Part shown: piece after piece, positions 1 to 8,660 of the stretch
Numbering within the stretch: the stretch's first letter is position 1
Layout of the letters: each line of letters opens with the position of its first letter
Virus record (IMG/VR): IMGVR_UViG_3300027758_000008
Location: 9,524-73,523 of that record
Reading direction: 5' to 3' (one strand)
DNA: 64,000 nucleotides
Source: a virus
Program-made: the position numbers and the translations under genes
Notes under the pieces: generated by a model
Database searches by the model: none
What the model was told of the DNA's origin: nothing
Seen by the model: the letters and a program-made list of their open reading frames with translations, nothing else

Positions 1-357
1 CAACTCGTAAATCGAACAGCCGTTGCCGTCAGCATCTTCTTCAAGGTAATCAAGCGGAATGTCTGTTGCCGTATCATCTATGCGCATCTTGCCAAGCAGT
101 GAGCGTAGTGTCTTGGCTGGGTAATCATCAAATTCAGCGCCAGCGATAAATTCACGATAGCGGATAATCGCGTCATCTGTATCAGTGTCAACCTGTGACG
201 GGTGCGGTAGGTAGGTGTAAGTCATGGACTTAACCCTGTCCTCACCTTGCAAACAATCCTCAGCAACTGACATTTGGAGCGCTGCGAATGGATAGTCTGG
301 GTGAGATTCAATGCTCACCACTACCTTTGTTCTAATGCCATTGCTGATAATGTACAT
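1..357 (-). CDS. Portal protein, 5' part (runs off the left edge)
   Basis: ATG at 357; near-identical to the 5' end of 38332..39876. Confidence 0.85.
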   Translation of the reverse strand, partial: MYIISNGIRTKVVVSIESHPDYPFAALQMSVAEDCLQGEDRVKSMTYTYLPHPSQVDTDTDDAIIRYREFIAGAEFDDYPAKTLRSLLGKMRIDDTATDIPLDYLEEDADGNGCSIYEL

Positions 358-383
358 AATTAACCTTTACCTGTTTTGCTCCA

Positions 384-412
384 ATTTTAGCCACTGGTCT
401 AACCACTTACAA
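384..412 (-). promoter_or_regulatory. Sigma70-like portal promoter TTGTAA-17-TAAAAT with a FadR-like box (395..405) in the spacer
   Basis: Read directly from the minus strand; identical copy at 39903..39931. Confidence 0.7.
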
Positions 413-1507
413 GCCCAATCGCTTAAATACTGTCGATTCCTCTTGCTCAAGCTCGTTTAATGTGATTGTGCGGCCTGTCATATCGGTGAATTTGGATAGC
501 GATAATTTGCCATCGAGAAACAGTTTGGCCCTTGTGGTACCAAGCGATGATTCAACAAACCATCTAGGCTGTCTGCGTAACCATGCCTCGTGACTGGTGT
601 CACTTCTAACCGTTGTCGGGTCGAATGCGTCTTTGTCACGCTTGCCTCTGTACTTTGGCTTACCATCCGTGCTGGCTTCTTTCTTCTCGAATGCTTCTTT
701 TGCTGCCGGTCCTGATTTGCCGCCTATGGCAACCTGTTGGCCGGTTAACTCGAATCCTTCTGGACCGTAGATTAGTGTTGAGCGGCAGTTTGGGTGCAAC
801 GGAGGAATCGGTAACTTCGGGTCGTCAGCCTTAAATCGTTTCTTTGAGTTAGTCCGACAAATTAAACTAGTCCTGTTATCCCACACGGCGACAAATATCG
901 CCTCCTGATAGTATTTAGGATGCGCAGATACGTTAGCCCGCCTTGCCTGCTGTACGTAATGCGTGAAAGCTGTTCTGGCCAATGACTCAGCGCGGGTTTT
1001 CAGTGTACCGTCAAACTCAGCACGTATATTCTTTAGCACCTGGTTGACTGTCTCGGCGCGTGAATAGCCCTGTCGAACCATTGACATAATGCGTTGATTT
1101 CTTCCAGCGTTATTGCCAGTAATGAATTCATCCCAGAAACCAGCCTGCTTTGACTGCTCCATGACAATCATTTGCTCACCGATGAACGATAGAATCTCAT
1201 TCTTTGCCGGTGGCGTTAGCTCAGTGTTGCGCAGCATGTAACGCACCTCATACAATGCCGCCTCTTGCATATCCTTGGTGTAATCTGCCCAGCCTGAATT
1301 CAACTCGATAATGCGTTGTATGCGCTTCTCGATAGTCTCAAGCTGCTTTGGTGTGCGTGGCAAGCCGCCGTCGATGATGAGCAGCCTGATTAGCCGGTAC
1401 GTTTCCTCTAACCCTGGATAAACAGACGCGTTGATATACCCTGAATTTAACCTATCAAGGTATACCTCGTGCATTAATTGTGCGTCTAGGTTTATTGTGA
1501 TTGTCAT
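407..1507 (-). CDS. Head morphogenesis / minor capsid protein (SPP1 gp7 / Mu gpF family)
   Basis: Motifs DNRTSLIC and PPLHPNCRS; next to the portal. Confidence 0.85.
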   Translation of the reverse strand: MTITINLDAQLMHEVYLDRLNSGYINASVYPGLEETYRLIRLLIIDGGLPRTPKQLETIEKRIQRIIELNSGWADYTKDMQEAALYEVRYMLRNTELTPPAKNEILSFIGEQMIVMEQSKQAGFWDEFITGNNAGRNQRIMSMVRQGYSRAETVNQVLKNIRAEFDGTLKTRAESLARTAFTHYVQQARRANVSAHPKYYQEAIFVAVWDNRTSLICRTNSKKRFKADDPKLPIPPLHPNCRSTLIYGPEGFELTGQQVAIGGKSGPAAKEAFEKKEASTDGKPKYRGKRDKDAFDPTTVRSDTSHEAWLRRQPRWFVESSLGTTRAKLFLDGKLSLSKFTDMTGRTITLNELEQEESTVFKRLGL

Positions 1508-2967
1508 TAAAGCCCGTAATGAGTCAGGTTGAACATCTGCGCCTGAGCGATATTAATATCTACATCAAATGTGCCAGCGTCAGCGCTGATTGCAAATCGC
1601 AAGCTTGAGACACCTTCAGGAACTTCAAGCTCAACACTAAGTGTTGTTGCGTCTACGCTTACCGCTGCCTGTCTCATCATGTATACGCGGTCAACTGAAT
1701 TGACGGTAACATCGTATTGCACAAAAACACTAAGCTCACACGAGCCGCTGTTTATGGTATTACTAAACCGCATCACACACAGGTATGTGTCGCCCTCGGT
1801 AACGTTCCAACGGCTAGAGTTAATAAATAACTGGCTATTAACCCAGTTAACTTGCCATGTGTTACCTATTCCAAGCGACGTTTCTGCCAGTGACTGAGTA
1901 TTTTGATTTCCGTTAGTGGCCCAATTATTCGGCAGCCCTGCGCCGTATGTTCCAGTTGTAAAGCACCCATTCGGATTCAATATAACACTGTCAATTGTGT
2001 AATCGTCTATCCTTGGTAGTGGCGTATAGTACCTATTATTTAGGTAGTCATCTGCCAATTTGTAACCGGCTGTTTGTTCTGCTGCTGGGTCTGGATGGGT
2101 TCCATCCGATGATGCGCCACTAACCCATGCGCCGGTCGATGGGTCGGTTAACTCGTCCCATATGCCGAAGCACTTAATTCCTTTCTTCCTAGCTGTTACA
2201 TAGTCGTATAAGTTAGCCTCAAAAACATACTCGCTACGTGCAGCTGTATCATGCGGAGGAGCCATAATCATAAGAGGCTCTGAACCTATACCGGAAACAT
2301 AATCCAAACATGTAGCAATGTTATCCCTATGCTCTATAAGCGTAACGCCTGCCGCATAATCATTGGTCGCCTCCATAACAGTTACGAGCGTGCCGTCTAT
2401 ATCGGACAGCCTTGCAATCATCTGGTTTGTGTTATTACCTCCAACGCCAGCATTAGTTTTAAAAACCACTGCGCCGCCACTGTTTCTAGCGAACCATGTG
2501 CCAAAATTATTGATAGCCTCACTGATTGAGTTGCCAAACACGCATAGCTGTTCCTGCCCACTGTTCAGTTTTGTTCTGACCAAACTAGCAACCCCGCCAC
2601 TCGACTTAACTTCGTATTCGCCGTCTGCGGCCTGAACCTTGATAGAATCAATTGACGTAAATGAAACGCCTTTGCCCGAGAAATAACCAGAAGCCGTTAC
2701 AGTTGCGATTGAATCAGGCGTTGAGTAATTCCAGATTCTAGGCGTTGCGTTATCGCACTTAGCCATTGCGGTAAGGATATCGCCGTCAGTGGTGATATAT
2801 GCCAAGACGCTGCCGTTAGAGCAAACGCAATTGACAGTCGATAATTCTGAACTGAAAGTGTAGCCGGTGAAATAGGTGTGTTGTGATACTTCTTCGACAG
2901 TGTCGTCTGTTACGTATCTAAATTTAACCGCCGAGATTCTGTCAACGTTCAATGCCTGGAATGCCAT
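1507..2967 (-). CDS. Putative virion appendage: N-terminal anchor, SGNH/GDSL esterase and beta-rich C-terminal domain
   Basis: SGNH blocks VFGNSIS, NAGVGG, EATND, DGTHP; N-terminal ~125 aa similar to 33282..34802. Confidence 0.65.
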   Translation of the reverse strand: MAFQALNVDRISAVKFRYVTDDTVEEVSQHTYFTGYTFSSELSTVNCVCSNGSVLAYITTDGDILTAMAKCDNATPRIWNYSTPDSIATVTASGYFSGKGVSFTSIDSIKVQAADGEYEVKSSGGVASLVRTKLNSGQEQLCVFGNSISEAINNFGTWFARNSGGAVVFKTNAGVGGNNTNQMIARLSDIDGTLVTVMEATNDYAAGVTLIEHRDNIATCLDYVSGIGSEPLMIMAPPHDTAARSEYVFEANLYDYVTARKKGIKCFGIWDELTDPSTGAWVSGASSDGTHPDPAAEQTAGYKLADDYLNNRYYTPLPRIDDYTIDSVILNPNGCFTTGTYGAGLPNNWATNGNQNTQSLAETSLGIGNTWQVNWVNSQLFINSSRWNVTEGDTYLCVMRFSNTINSGSCELSVFVQYDVTVNSVDRVYMMRQAAVSVDATTLSVELEVPEGVSSLRFAISADAGTFDVDINIAQAQMFNLTHYGL

Positions 2968-3024
2968 GGTAAAATTCCTCTTATGCTATTGGTTAAGTTT
3001 AAAGCAATTGTCATGGCAAGTAAA

Positions 3025-4263
3025 TTAACCAAACCTCGGTGCGGCTGCTGGTTTTCTGTGCGTCATCAAATGCTCGCAAGCGTAACGCAGTGAATCAATA
3101 AAATGGTTAAACTCATCTACCGGCTTGTTAATCACTTTGCCGTCCTTATCGACCTGCCAGCAGTAGTTATTAAACTCTACCATAAATTCAACCAAATGCG
3201 CATTGACGATTATTTCAAACTCACTGAGGAAGTCTATGCCAGCGTTAATGGAGTCTTTTCCTTTCATTGCGCCACGAATGCGGATGCCTTTAGCATCAAG
3301 GTAATCGATTGACTTAGGCTCTGAGCTATCAGCCGTCGTCATGTGGCGGTGACAGTTCATTTCCTTCATCTTGCTGGCAATGGCCGAATTCTGCATACCT
3401 TTCTCGTAGAAACCGTCGTACACGTAAATTTTCTTACCCTTGACATCAATGTAAGTCTGGTTAAATGCTGACGGGTCGTTAGTGTAACCAAAGTCAAGGC
3501 CTTGGACACAGTCAAGCCCTTTAACCTCAGATTCTTTAATCAGGCGAGCCGTGGCGTTATTAAACACAAGCCCTTCTGCTGTACCCCAATTGCCAAGCGC
3601 ATATATGTTGTAATAGCGCGGATTGGTCTTTTTCTTGTTCTCCATAACCATCTTGTATTCATCGTCAATGAATGCGTTATCAAGATATGTCGTGTGAAGT
3701 GTGAAAACGCCATCTATTGGGTCATCGAAGAATACGCGCTTAATCCAGTGCTGCTCGCTGATAGGATTAAACGTCAGAATAATTTGCTTGATGTATTTAG
3801 TTTCGCCACGCAAACGCAAGTCAAGCTGCTCGAAGTCCTCTTGCGTTAGCTCCGTGGCCTCTTCGCACCATATGCCGGTAACGCCTTCGATTGACTTTAG
3901 TTTTTCAACGTCGTCTAGGCCGCTGAACATTATCTGCGAGCCGTTCTTTTTGTAGGTAATGGTTTTATCAGTCAGGTTTACGTCAAACTCTTCTGACAAA
4001 CCCCATCGGCTTATGATGTTGCGTATGAGCGTAAACACAGACCGTTTTATGGTTCGGTCAACTTTACGTATTACGAGAAAGTTATGCTTGCAGTCTGATT
4101 CTTTGAGAAGGCGATAAACGATTTTGCGTGCGACGATATGTGATTTGCCTGACCCTGCGCCACCCCATAGGATTTGGTAGCGCGACTGGTCAGTGAATGC
4201 CGGTACAAACTTAGGTGACTTCTCCTTTACGTGCTTCCTGAATTTGGCTAGGTCTATTACCAC
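3025..4263 (-). CDS. terL: Terminase large subunit, PBSX/SPP1-like (Terminase_3)
   Basis: GGAGSGKS Walker A, WCEEATE Walker B, TFNP, GLDFGYTNDP, NHFIDSLRYA. Confidence 0.95.
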   Translation of the reverse strand: MVIDLAKFRKHVKEKSPKFVPAFTDQSRYQILWGGAGSGKSHIVARKIVYRLLKESDCKHNFLVIRKVDRTIKRSVFTLIRNIISRWGLSEEFDVNLTDKTITYKKNGSQIMFSGLDDVEKLKSIEGVTGIWCEEATELTQEDFEQLDLRLRGETKYIKQIILTFNPISEQHWIKRVFFDDPIDGVFTLHTTYLDNAFIDDEYKMVMENKKKTNPRYYNIYALGNWGTAEGLVFNNATARLIKESEVKGLDCVQGLDFGYTNDPSAFNQTYIDVKGKKIYVYDGFYEKGMQNSAIASKMKEMNCHRHMTTADSSEPKSIDYLDAKGIRIRGAMKGKDSINAGIDFLSEFEIIVNAHLVEFMVEFNNYCWQVDKDGKVINKPVDEFNHFIDSLRYACEHLMTHRKPAAAPRFG

Positions 4264-4694
4264 TCATTTTCACCACTATCTATCACGCGTTCGGTTACTT
4301 CTTTCTTGTCCGCTAACCCTAAATCACGTGCAATAATATTCGGATTAAGCAGGTCTGCCGATGCGCCCTCAAACTTCTGAGCGCGGATAATTGACTCTAC
4401 ACGCGTTACGACGTCAGAAAAATCTTCGTCCTTACGCCATGAAAACCACGTCTGTTCGGTTATATCAAGAAATATACAAAGCCCCCCAATGGTCATTGCT
4501 CGCATCTTTGCCATTGGCTCATGTGAAGCTACACCTTGGAAGAATGAAACCTTATCCTCGTATAACGGGTTTTCTTCTACCCACTGGAAATATTCTTGGC
4601 AAGCTTCCCATAAAGCTTCATGACTAGCGAACAGCTTGTCTCTACCGTGCTTTGTACGTGCTTTCCAGAATTGGTTTCCTTTCGGGGCTGGCAT
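4257..4694 (-). CDS. terS: Terminase small subunit, P22 gp3-like
   Basis: PAPKGNQFW, EYFQWVEENPL, AKMRAMTIGGL and ADLLNPNIIARDLGL match P22 gp3 as I recall it; upstream of terL. Confidence 0.9.
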   Translation of the reverse strand: MPAPKGNQFWKARTKHGRDKLFASHEALWEACQEYFQWVEENPLYEDKVSFFQGVASHEPMAKMRAMTIGGLCIFLDITEQTWFSWRKDEDFSDVVTRVESIIRAQKFEGASADLLNPNIIARDLGLADKKEVTERVIDSGENEW

Positions 4695-4742
4695 ATCAAT
4701 CACCGTTAATTAATCAGTCTTAAATATACCACATGATAGGAT

Positions 4743-4769
4743 AAAAAAAAGCCCTGCGGATAACAGGGC
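4743..4769 (-). terminator. Intrinsic terminator upstream of terS
   Basis: GCCCTG/CAGGGC stem then T8 on the minus strand; conserved at 43671..43697; followed by extended -10 TGTGGTATATT. Confidence 0.8.
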
Positions 4770-4832
4770 AACTGGAGGGGAAGAAACAAAATGATTTAAT
4801 CACTCACACCATAGCGGGTTAGTTGTGTGGTG

Positions 4833-5012
4833 TCAATCATTAACCACTAGCGGCTGATAACTAACACCTACCGGTAACTGCATAAAATCCAGCTCGTATT
4901 CGCTATACATCCATTGTTGAAATGCGTATTCGGCTTCCTGGAGGTTTCGTGCGTCGAATATGTCTACCGAATACTCCTTACCGCTGATTGTTGTGGATGC
5001 GCGGTAGTTCAT
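4833..5012 (-). CDS. Hypothetical protein, 59 aa (MNYRASTTISGKEYS...)
   Basis: Hand-translated; homolog at 43761..43940. Confidence 0.75.
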   Translation of the reverse strand: MNYRASTTISGKEYSVDIFDARNLQEAEYAFQQWMYSEYELDFMQLPVGVSYQPLVVND

Positions 5013-5857
5013 AACAGGCCGCTCTTGAATATGTGAGAAACTACATTAACCGTCCACCCGTTTCCAGAGAGAATTTCAGCTTGACGCTGGCTTACGCAGT
5101 CAAAATAATCGCCTGGAGCGCCAACTATGAGAGCCAATGACCTTTTACCCGGCTTAAAATACCTCCCATTTGCATGGATAAAATTCCCATTCCAGCTAGC
5201 GTACTGCCTTGCTGTCATAGTTATCCCTTTTGAGCCTCCCTTTGCGATTTTTGAATATTTCTTGGCCTCCTGGAATTCGCTATTCTTATTCCACCACTCC
5301 ACCCACCCTTCAGACATTTCAACATAATCAACAATATAGCTTAGAAATGATGATTTATCTTTGTAGAACTTCCCGCCGTAATCCCAATTGAACCAGTAAT
5401 ACCTAGGTCTTTCACATGGGCTGTAGTCTGACGAATTAATAAAAACAGGCTCAACACCTAATTTATCACTTATAACCGCAAGGTATTCTTTTTTCATCTT
5501 CACGTTTTCAAGCATGAATTTAATGTCAGGATTAACGCTTTTGATGTGATTCAGAATATCAACGTAAACGAAAAACAACTTACTGCGTGGGTCGTCAAAG
5601 GCCAGCTGCTTGCCTGCAAAGCTAAACCCCTGGCACGGTGAGCCACCAATTAACAAATCAATCGAGGCCCAATCAATATCCCATTCGCGCCACTTGGTAA
5701 CATCGCCCAGCTGAACCGTGTCAGGATAATTCGCCTGAGTTACTTTAATCGCGTATTTATCCACCTCTGCCGCATAATAAACATCTGGCTTAATTCCAAT
5801 TCTATTCAGCGCAATCTGGCCGCATGATAAGCCGTCAAACAAACTTAATACCTTCAC
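5009..5857 (-). CDS. DNA cytosine-C5 methyltransferase
   Basis: VLSLFDG, GGSPCQGFS, LENV, RPRYYW, GNGW; GTG start at 5857 overlaps the upstream stop. Confidence 0.92.
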   Translation of the reverse strand: MKVLSLFDGLSCGQIALNRIGIKPDVYYAAEVDKYAIKVTQANYPDTVQLGDVTKWREWDIDWASIDLLIGGSPCQGFSFAGKQLAFDDPRSKLFFVYVDILNHIKSVNPDIKFMLENVKMKKEYLAVISDKLGVEPVFINSSDYSPCERPRYYWFNWDYGGKFYKDKSSFLSYIVDYVEMSEGWVEWWNKNSEFQEAKKYSKIAKGGSKGITMTARQYASWNGNFIHANGRYFKPGKRSLALIVGAPGDYFDCVSQRQAEILSGNGWTVNVVSHIFKSGLL

Positions 5858-6024
5858 GACAACAACCCCCATCCAAGCATAAATAGCCACACAGCCCACC
5901 CGAATCCCATCGCAACAACATTACCTTTCGTCTGCTCGATATATTCACCCCATGCAAGTTCAAGCGATGCCCATGCTATACCGGCGAATGTGACTACCAT
6001 GTATGTGTAATAGAATTCGTTCAT
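5854..6024 (-). CDS. Small two-TM membrane protein
   Basis: Two hydrophobic segments; disrupted homolog at 43937..44108. Confidence 0.7.
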   Translation of the reverse strand: MNEFYYTYMVVTFAGIAWASLELAWGEYIEQTKGNVVAMGFGWAVWLFMLGWGLLS

Positions 6025-6386
6025 TCTGCCTCCTGCATCATTAGGTAGCAAATCATGGCGGCGCGTAACTTATTGCCACCATGAATATGCGTCATCCCTT
6101 CCCATCTTGAGCATTCAGATGCACCAAGCCCGACGTTAAAATCGTAAAGACAAACCTGCATTAGTGTTGGCCAAATTTCCTCAATAATAGACCAAGCGTC
6201 CTCTGGATGATTGCAATAATCAACACCGTGAGAAATAAGATTTCCATATTTGAACGTCTTATACTCAATGCTTACAGCACTATCACTAACCGCCGGGCAG
6301 CTGCCATCGCCAACAATCCACGTATACGGGCGCAACTCAGCAACCCGCTTATTAATCTCAAAATCTGACATTTGTTCGTAGTTCAT
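6021..6386 (-). CDS. NinX-like protein
   Basis: MSDFEINKRVA, DYCNHPEDAW, LRAAMICYLMMQ. Confidence 0.7.
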   Translation of the reverse strand: MNYEQMSDFEINKRVAELRPYTWIVGDGSCPAVSDSAVSIEYKTFKYGNLISHGVDYCNHPEDAWSIIEEIWPTLMQVCLYDFNVGLGASECSRWEGMTHIHGGNKLRAAMICYLMMQEAE

Positions 6387-6664
6387 ACCTCACCCCGCGC
6401 TTTTGCTAGCAGTTGCTCAACCTCGTCATGGCTAAAATCCTCCATGCCGTAAGGTTGCGTTAACTTTTCAAGCATCGCATACATATCCGGTGCCGCTGCT
6501 ATTAGGTGGGCGTTACAGTGAGACTCTTCGCTTATGTTGCATCCTGTATGGTCTGGGTCAAATCCCCACACTGTCCCAACAGTACCCGACATTGAATTAA
6601 TTTCAATTAAGCCTCCTTCGTCATTTACCGTCCACTCGCCTTTCGTAAATTTAGCCTCACTCAT
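6383..6664 (-). CDS. Conserved phage hypothetical protein
   Basis: FTKGEW...NAHLIAAAPDM motif common in phage accessory genes. Confidence 0.7.
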   Translation of the reverse strand: MSEAKFTKGEWTVNDEGGLIEINSMSGTVGTVWGFDPDHTGCNISEESHCNAHLIAAAPDMYAMLEKLTQPYGMEDFSHDEVEQLLAKARGEV

Positions 6665-6849
6665 TTCCTCGCACTCCAACTCTTCTTAGCCTTATGTATC
6701 GCCGTAAATGCTTCGATATTATCGTTAACCACGCGATACGCGTATTGCGGGTGACAACCTACCGCATTGGATAGTGACAGCACCGTGCGATGTTTACCCG
6801 TTTTAGCCTCTGCGATGATTGCAGGTGCTATTGTGCCGTATCGTTTCAT
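6661..6849 (-). CDS. Small putative HTH protein
   Basis: LSNAVGCHPQYAYRV; near-identical at 44105..44293. Confidence 0.65.
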   Translation of the reverse strand: MKRYGTIAPAIIAEAKTGKHRTVLSLSNAVGCHPQYAYRVVNDNIEAFTAIHKAKKSWSARK

Positions 6850-7004
6850 TACTCTTCCTCACAGTCCAGTATCTCGGCGCCGTACCAATAACTGTCAACG
6901 TACTGTGCTTTCGCATGTGCCATTGCTTTGGCGTCATCCGCATTATCAGCCTCAACCCACAATTCATCTTCCATCATCATTTGTGTTTTTACTAAATATT
7001 TCAT
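6849..7004 (-). CDS. Hypothetical acidic protein, 51 aa
   Basis: Hand-translated MKYLVKTQMMMEDELWVEADNADDA...; conserved at ~44293..44448. Confidence 0.65.
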   Translation of the reverse strand: MKYLVKTQMMMEDELWVEADNADDAKAMAHAKAQYVDSYWYGAEILDCEEE

Positions 7005-7165
7005 ACCCTACCCCCATTCTCTGCGTATTTGCGCATAAGTTCTGGATGATTGAAAATCTCAAATGCTACCTTGTGCGTTTTCAACCCAGTTACCTGCGCG
7101 ATTTTAATGTAACTCCGTGCGCCGTCTTGTAGTGCGGCGCTCACTTTACGGTAGTGTTTGTTCAT
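7001..7165 (-). CDS. Small putative HTH protein, 54 aa
   Basis: Hand-translated MNKHYRKVSAALQDGARSYIKIAQVTGLKT...; conserved in B with synonymous changes. Confidence 0.65.
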   Translation of the reverse strand: MNKHYRKVSAALQDGARSYIKIAQVTGLKTHKVAFEIFNHPELMRKYAENGGRV

Positions 7166-7566
7166 ATGAAGTCAGACCAATCATAACCAACCGGCATTTC
7201 TTCCGACATGACGATATGGCTATAAATTTCATCCATGGCGACTTGGTTAAACTTACGCTCCACCATCCCTGATGTTGACTCATCCGCGAACGACTTTTCT
7301 ACCAACTGACGCGCAAATGTATCATCTTCAATCATCGAGCCGATGACAGTGTAATCAGACACAATATGCGTATTCCCGCAGTAACGCCAGGTCAGCGTTT
7401 TCTGGTCTGCAACGCGCTCTGCCAGCTTCTCGGCGATATACCATAGATTTTCATTGCTGATGCTGTCATAAGTCATTGGCGTTGATTCTGGCTTGTCTGG
7501 TAGCTGTCTGTCGTATGCGGTTTGGTGTTGCTCGAAATTCATCTTCATTTCCTCCATTAGTTTCAC
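7162..7566 (-). CDS. Hypothetical protein (true start probably ~7548)
   Basis: ORF; homolog at 44606..44992. Confidence 0.7.
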   Translation of the reverse strand: MKLMEEMKMNFEQHQTAYDRQLPDKPESTPMTYDSISNENLWYIAEKLAERVADQKTLTWRYCGNTHIVSDYTVIGSMIEDDTFARQLVEKSFADESTSGMVERKFNQVAMDEIYSHIVMSEEMPVGYDWSDFI

Positions 7567-7568
7567 CC

Positions 7569-7604
7569 ATTATAACGGGTTAATTTTGTTTTGTGGTTTG
7601 ACCA
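7569..7604 (-). promoter_or_regulatory. FadR-like box (7594..7604) - 19 nt - TATAAT promoter
   Basis: AACTGGTCAAACCAC on the minus strand; identical at 45357..45392; followed by a GGAGG RBS. Confidence 0.75.
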
Positions 7605-7605
7605 G

Positions 7606-7809
7606 TTAGTCTAAGTCTGGAATAACTACAAATCGAACAATATAGCCGTCGCTGCGACTAAACCATTCACCTTCTACAACTTCAAAATTTCCATTTGTGA
7701 CGGTACTTCCTGTCAGTATAAAGTTATCACCGTGGGCATGATGAAAAATATCACCATGCTTTACATCGTCGTCAGGACCTAAAACTCTAGCTTTAACTTC
7801 CGGCATCAC
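7606..7809 (-). CDS. Hypothetical protein
   Basis: ORF coupled to the upstream gene. Confidence 0.6.
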   Translation of the reverse strand: MMPEVKARVLGPDDDVKHGDIFHHAHGDNFILTGSTVTNGNFEVVEGEWFSRSDGYIVRFVVIPDLD

Positions 7810-8335
7810 TTCACCTCAAACTGTTCTAGATATTCATCTGGGTCAACAACAAACCGACCTTTCATCCATGCGTGATAAGCCTTAATTGCATCGACCTCAG
7901 CCTTGCTGATGGTTGGTTTGCGTTTTCTTAAATCCTCTTTCTTGACAACAAAAATATCGTTATCCTCATTGGCAACACACACAATACCACCCCGACCTTC
8001 GTAAACAACTTTGACTAAATCTGAACTTCCGACAAGACCAAACACTTCTTCACCCTTCCTACGCTCCACCTCTGCTTCGAATTCTTCGCGGGTGCAGACT
8101 TGGTAAAAGTTGAAGCATGATTCCCAATCGGCAAGCCAACTCACCCACCCTCTGCCATAATCAAAACAGATTACGTCGCCACCCTCATCAGGCCAAACCC
8201 CATCAAAATAATCAACCGCATCACTAACCGTTTTGCGTGGCGACTCCAAACTAACCGCATACTCAGCCAGTACGCGAATTGGTCTGTTGATTTAAAGCCC
8301 TTTGCTTTCTCGATTAACTCAGTTGGTCGTTTCAT
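7806..8335 (-). pseudogene. Frameshifted hypothetical gene (homolog of 45582..46133)
   Basis: The MKRPTELIE start at 8335 is out of frame with the PRKTVSDAV...VCTREEFEAEVERRKGE body; span is 530 nt; continuous in B. Confidence 0.6.
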
Positions 8336-8520
8336 TTCTCAAGCTCCTTTAAAAGTGCGTCTGCTTTTACAACCGCTGCGCTTTCAACCCCTTCATAGTC
8401 GCCGTTAGCTAGTAAACCCTGCATAGCCAATCCTGCAAAATACTCGCGCTTGGTTAGACCGTAATGCTGGCCATATCCACCATCGTCCATTACTGGAATC
8501 GCCGGTTCATCTGCTTTCAT
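8332..8520 (-). CDS. Conserved phage hypothetical protein
   Basis: GLTKREYFAGLAMQGLLAN motif. Confidence 0.75.
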   Translation of the reverse strand: MKADEPAIPVMDDGGYGQHYGLTKREYFAGLAMQGLLANGDYEGVESAAVVKADALLKELEK

Positions 8521-8660
8521 TTCCCTTCCTCCATTTTCTCTAGCCGAACAGATAGAACCTGCTCGCCGTTTTTGTTTACGTATGGCCCGTCTAGCTCAAA
8601 CGACTTTATGCGTCGCTTGGCTAGGTTGGGGTGTTTTTTGATTAGTTGTGAGAGGGTCAT
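8517..8660 (-). CDS. Hypothetical protein, 47 aa
   Basis: Hand-translated; ends NGEQVLSVRLEKMEEGK, shared with the C-terminus of 46130..46486. Confidence 0.6.
   Translation of the reverse strand: MTLSQLIKKHPNLAKRRIKSFELDGPYVNKNGEQVLSVRLEKMEEGK

Noticed and set aside
6767-7132. Plus-strand ORF conserved in both units (also 44229..44576)
   Set aside because: Explained by three coupled minus-strand genes.
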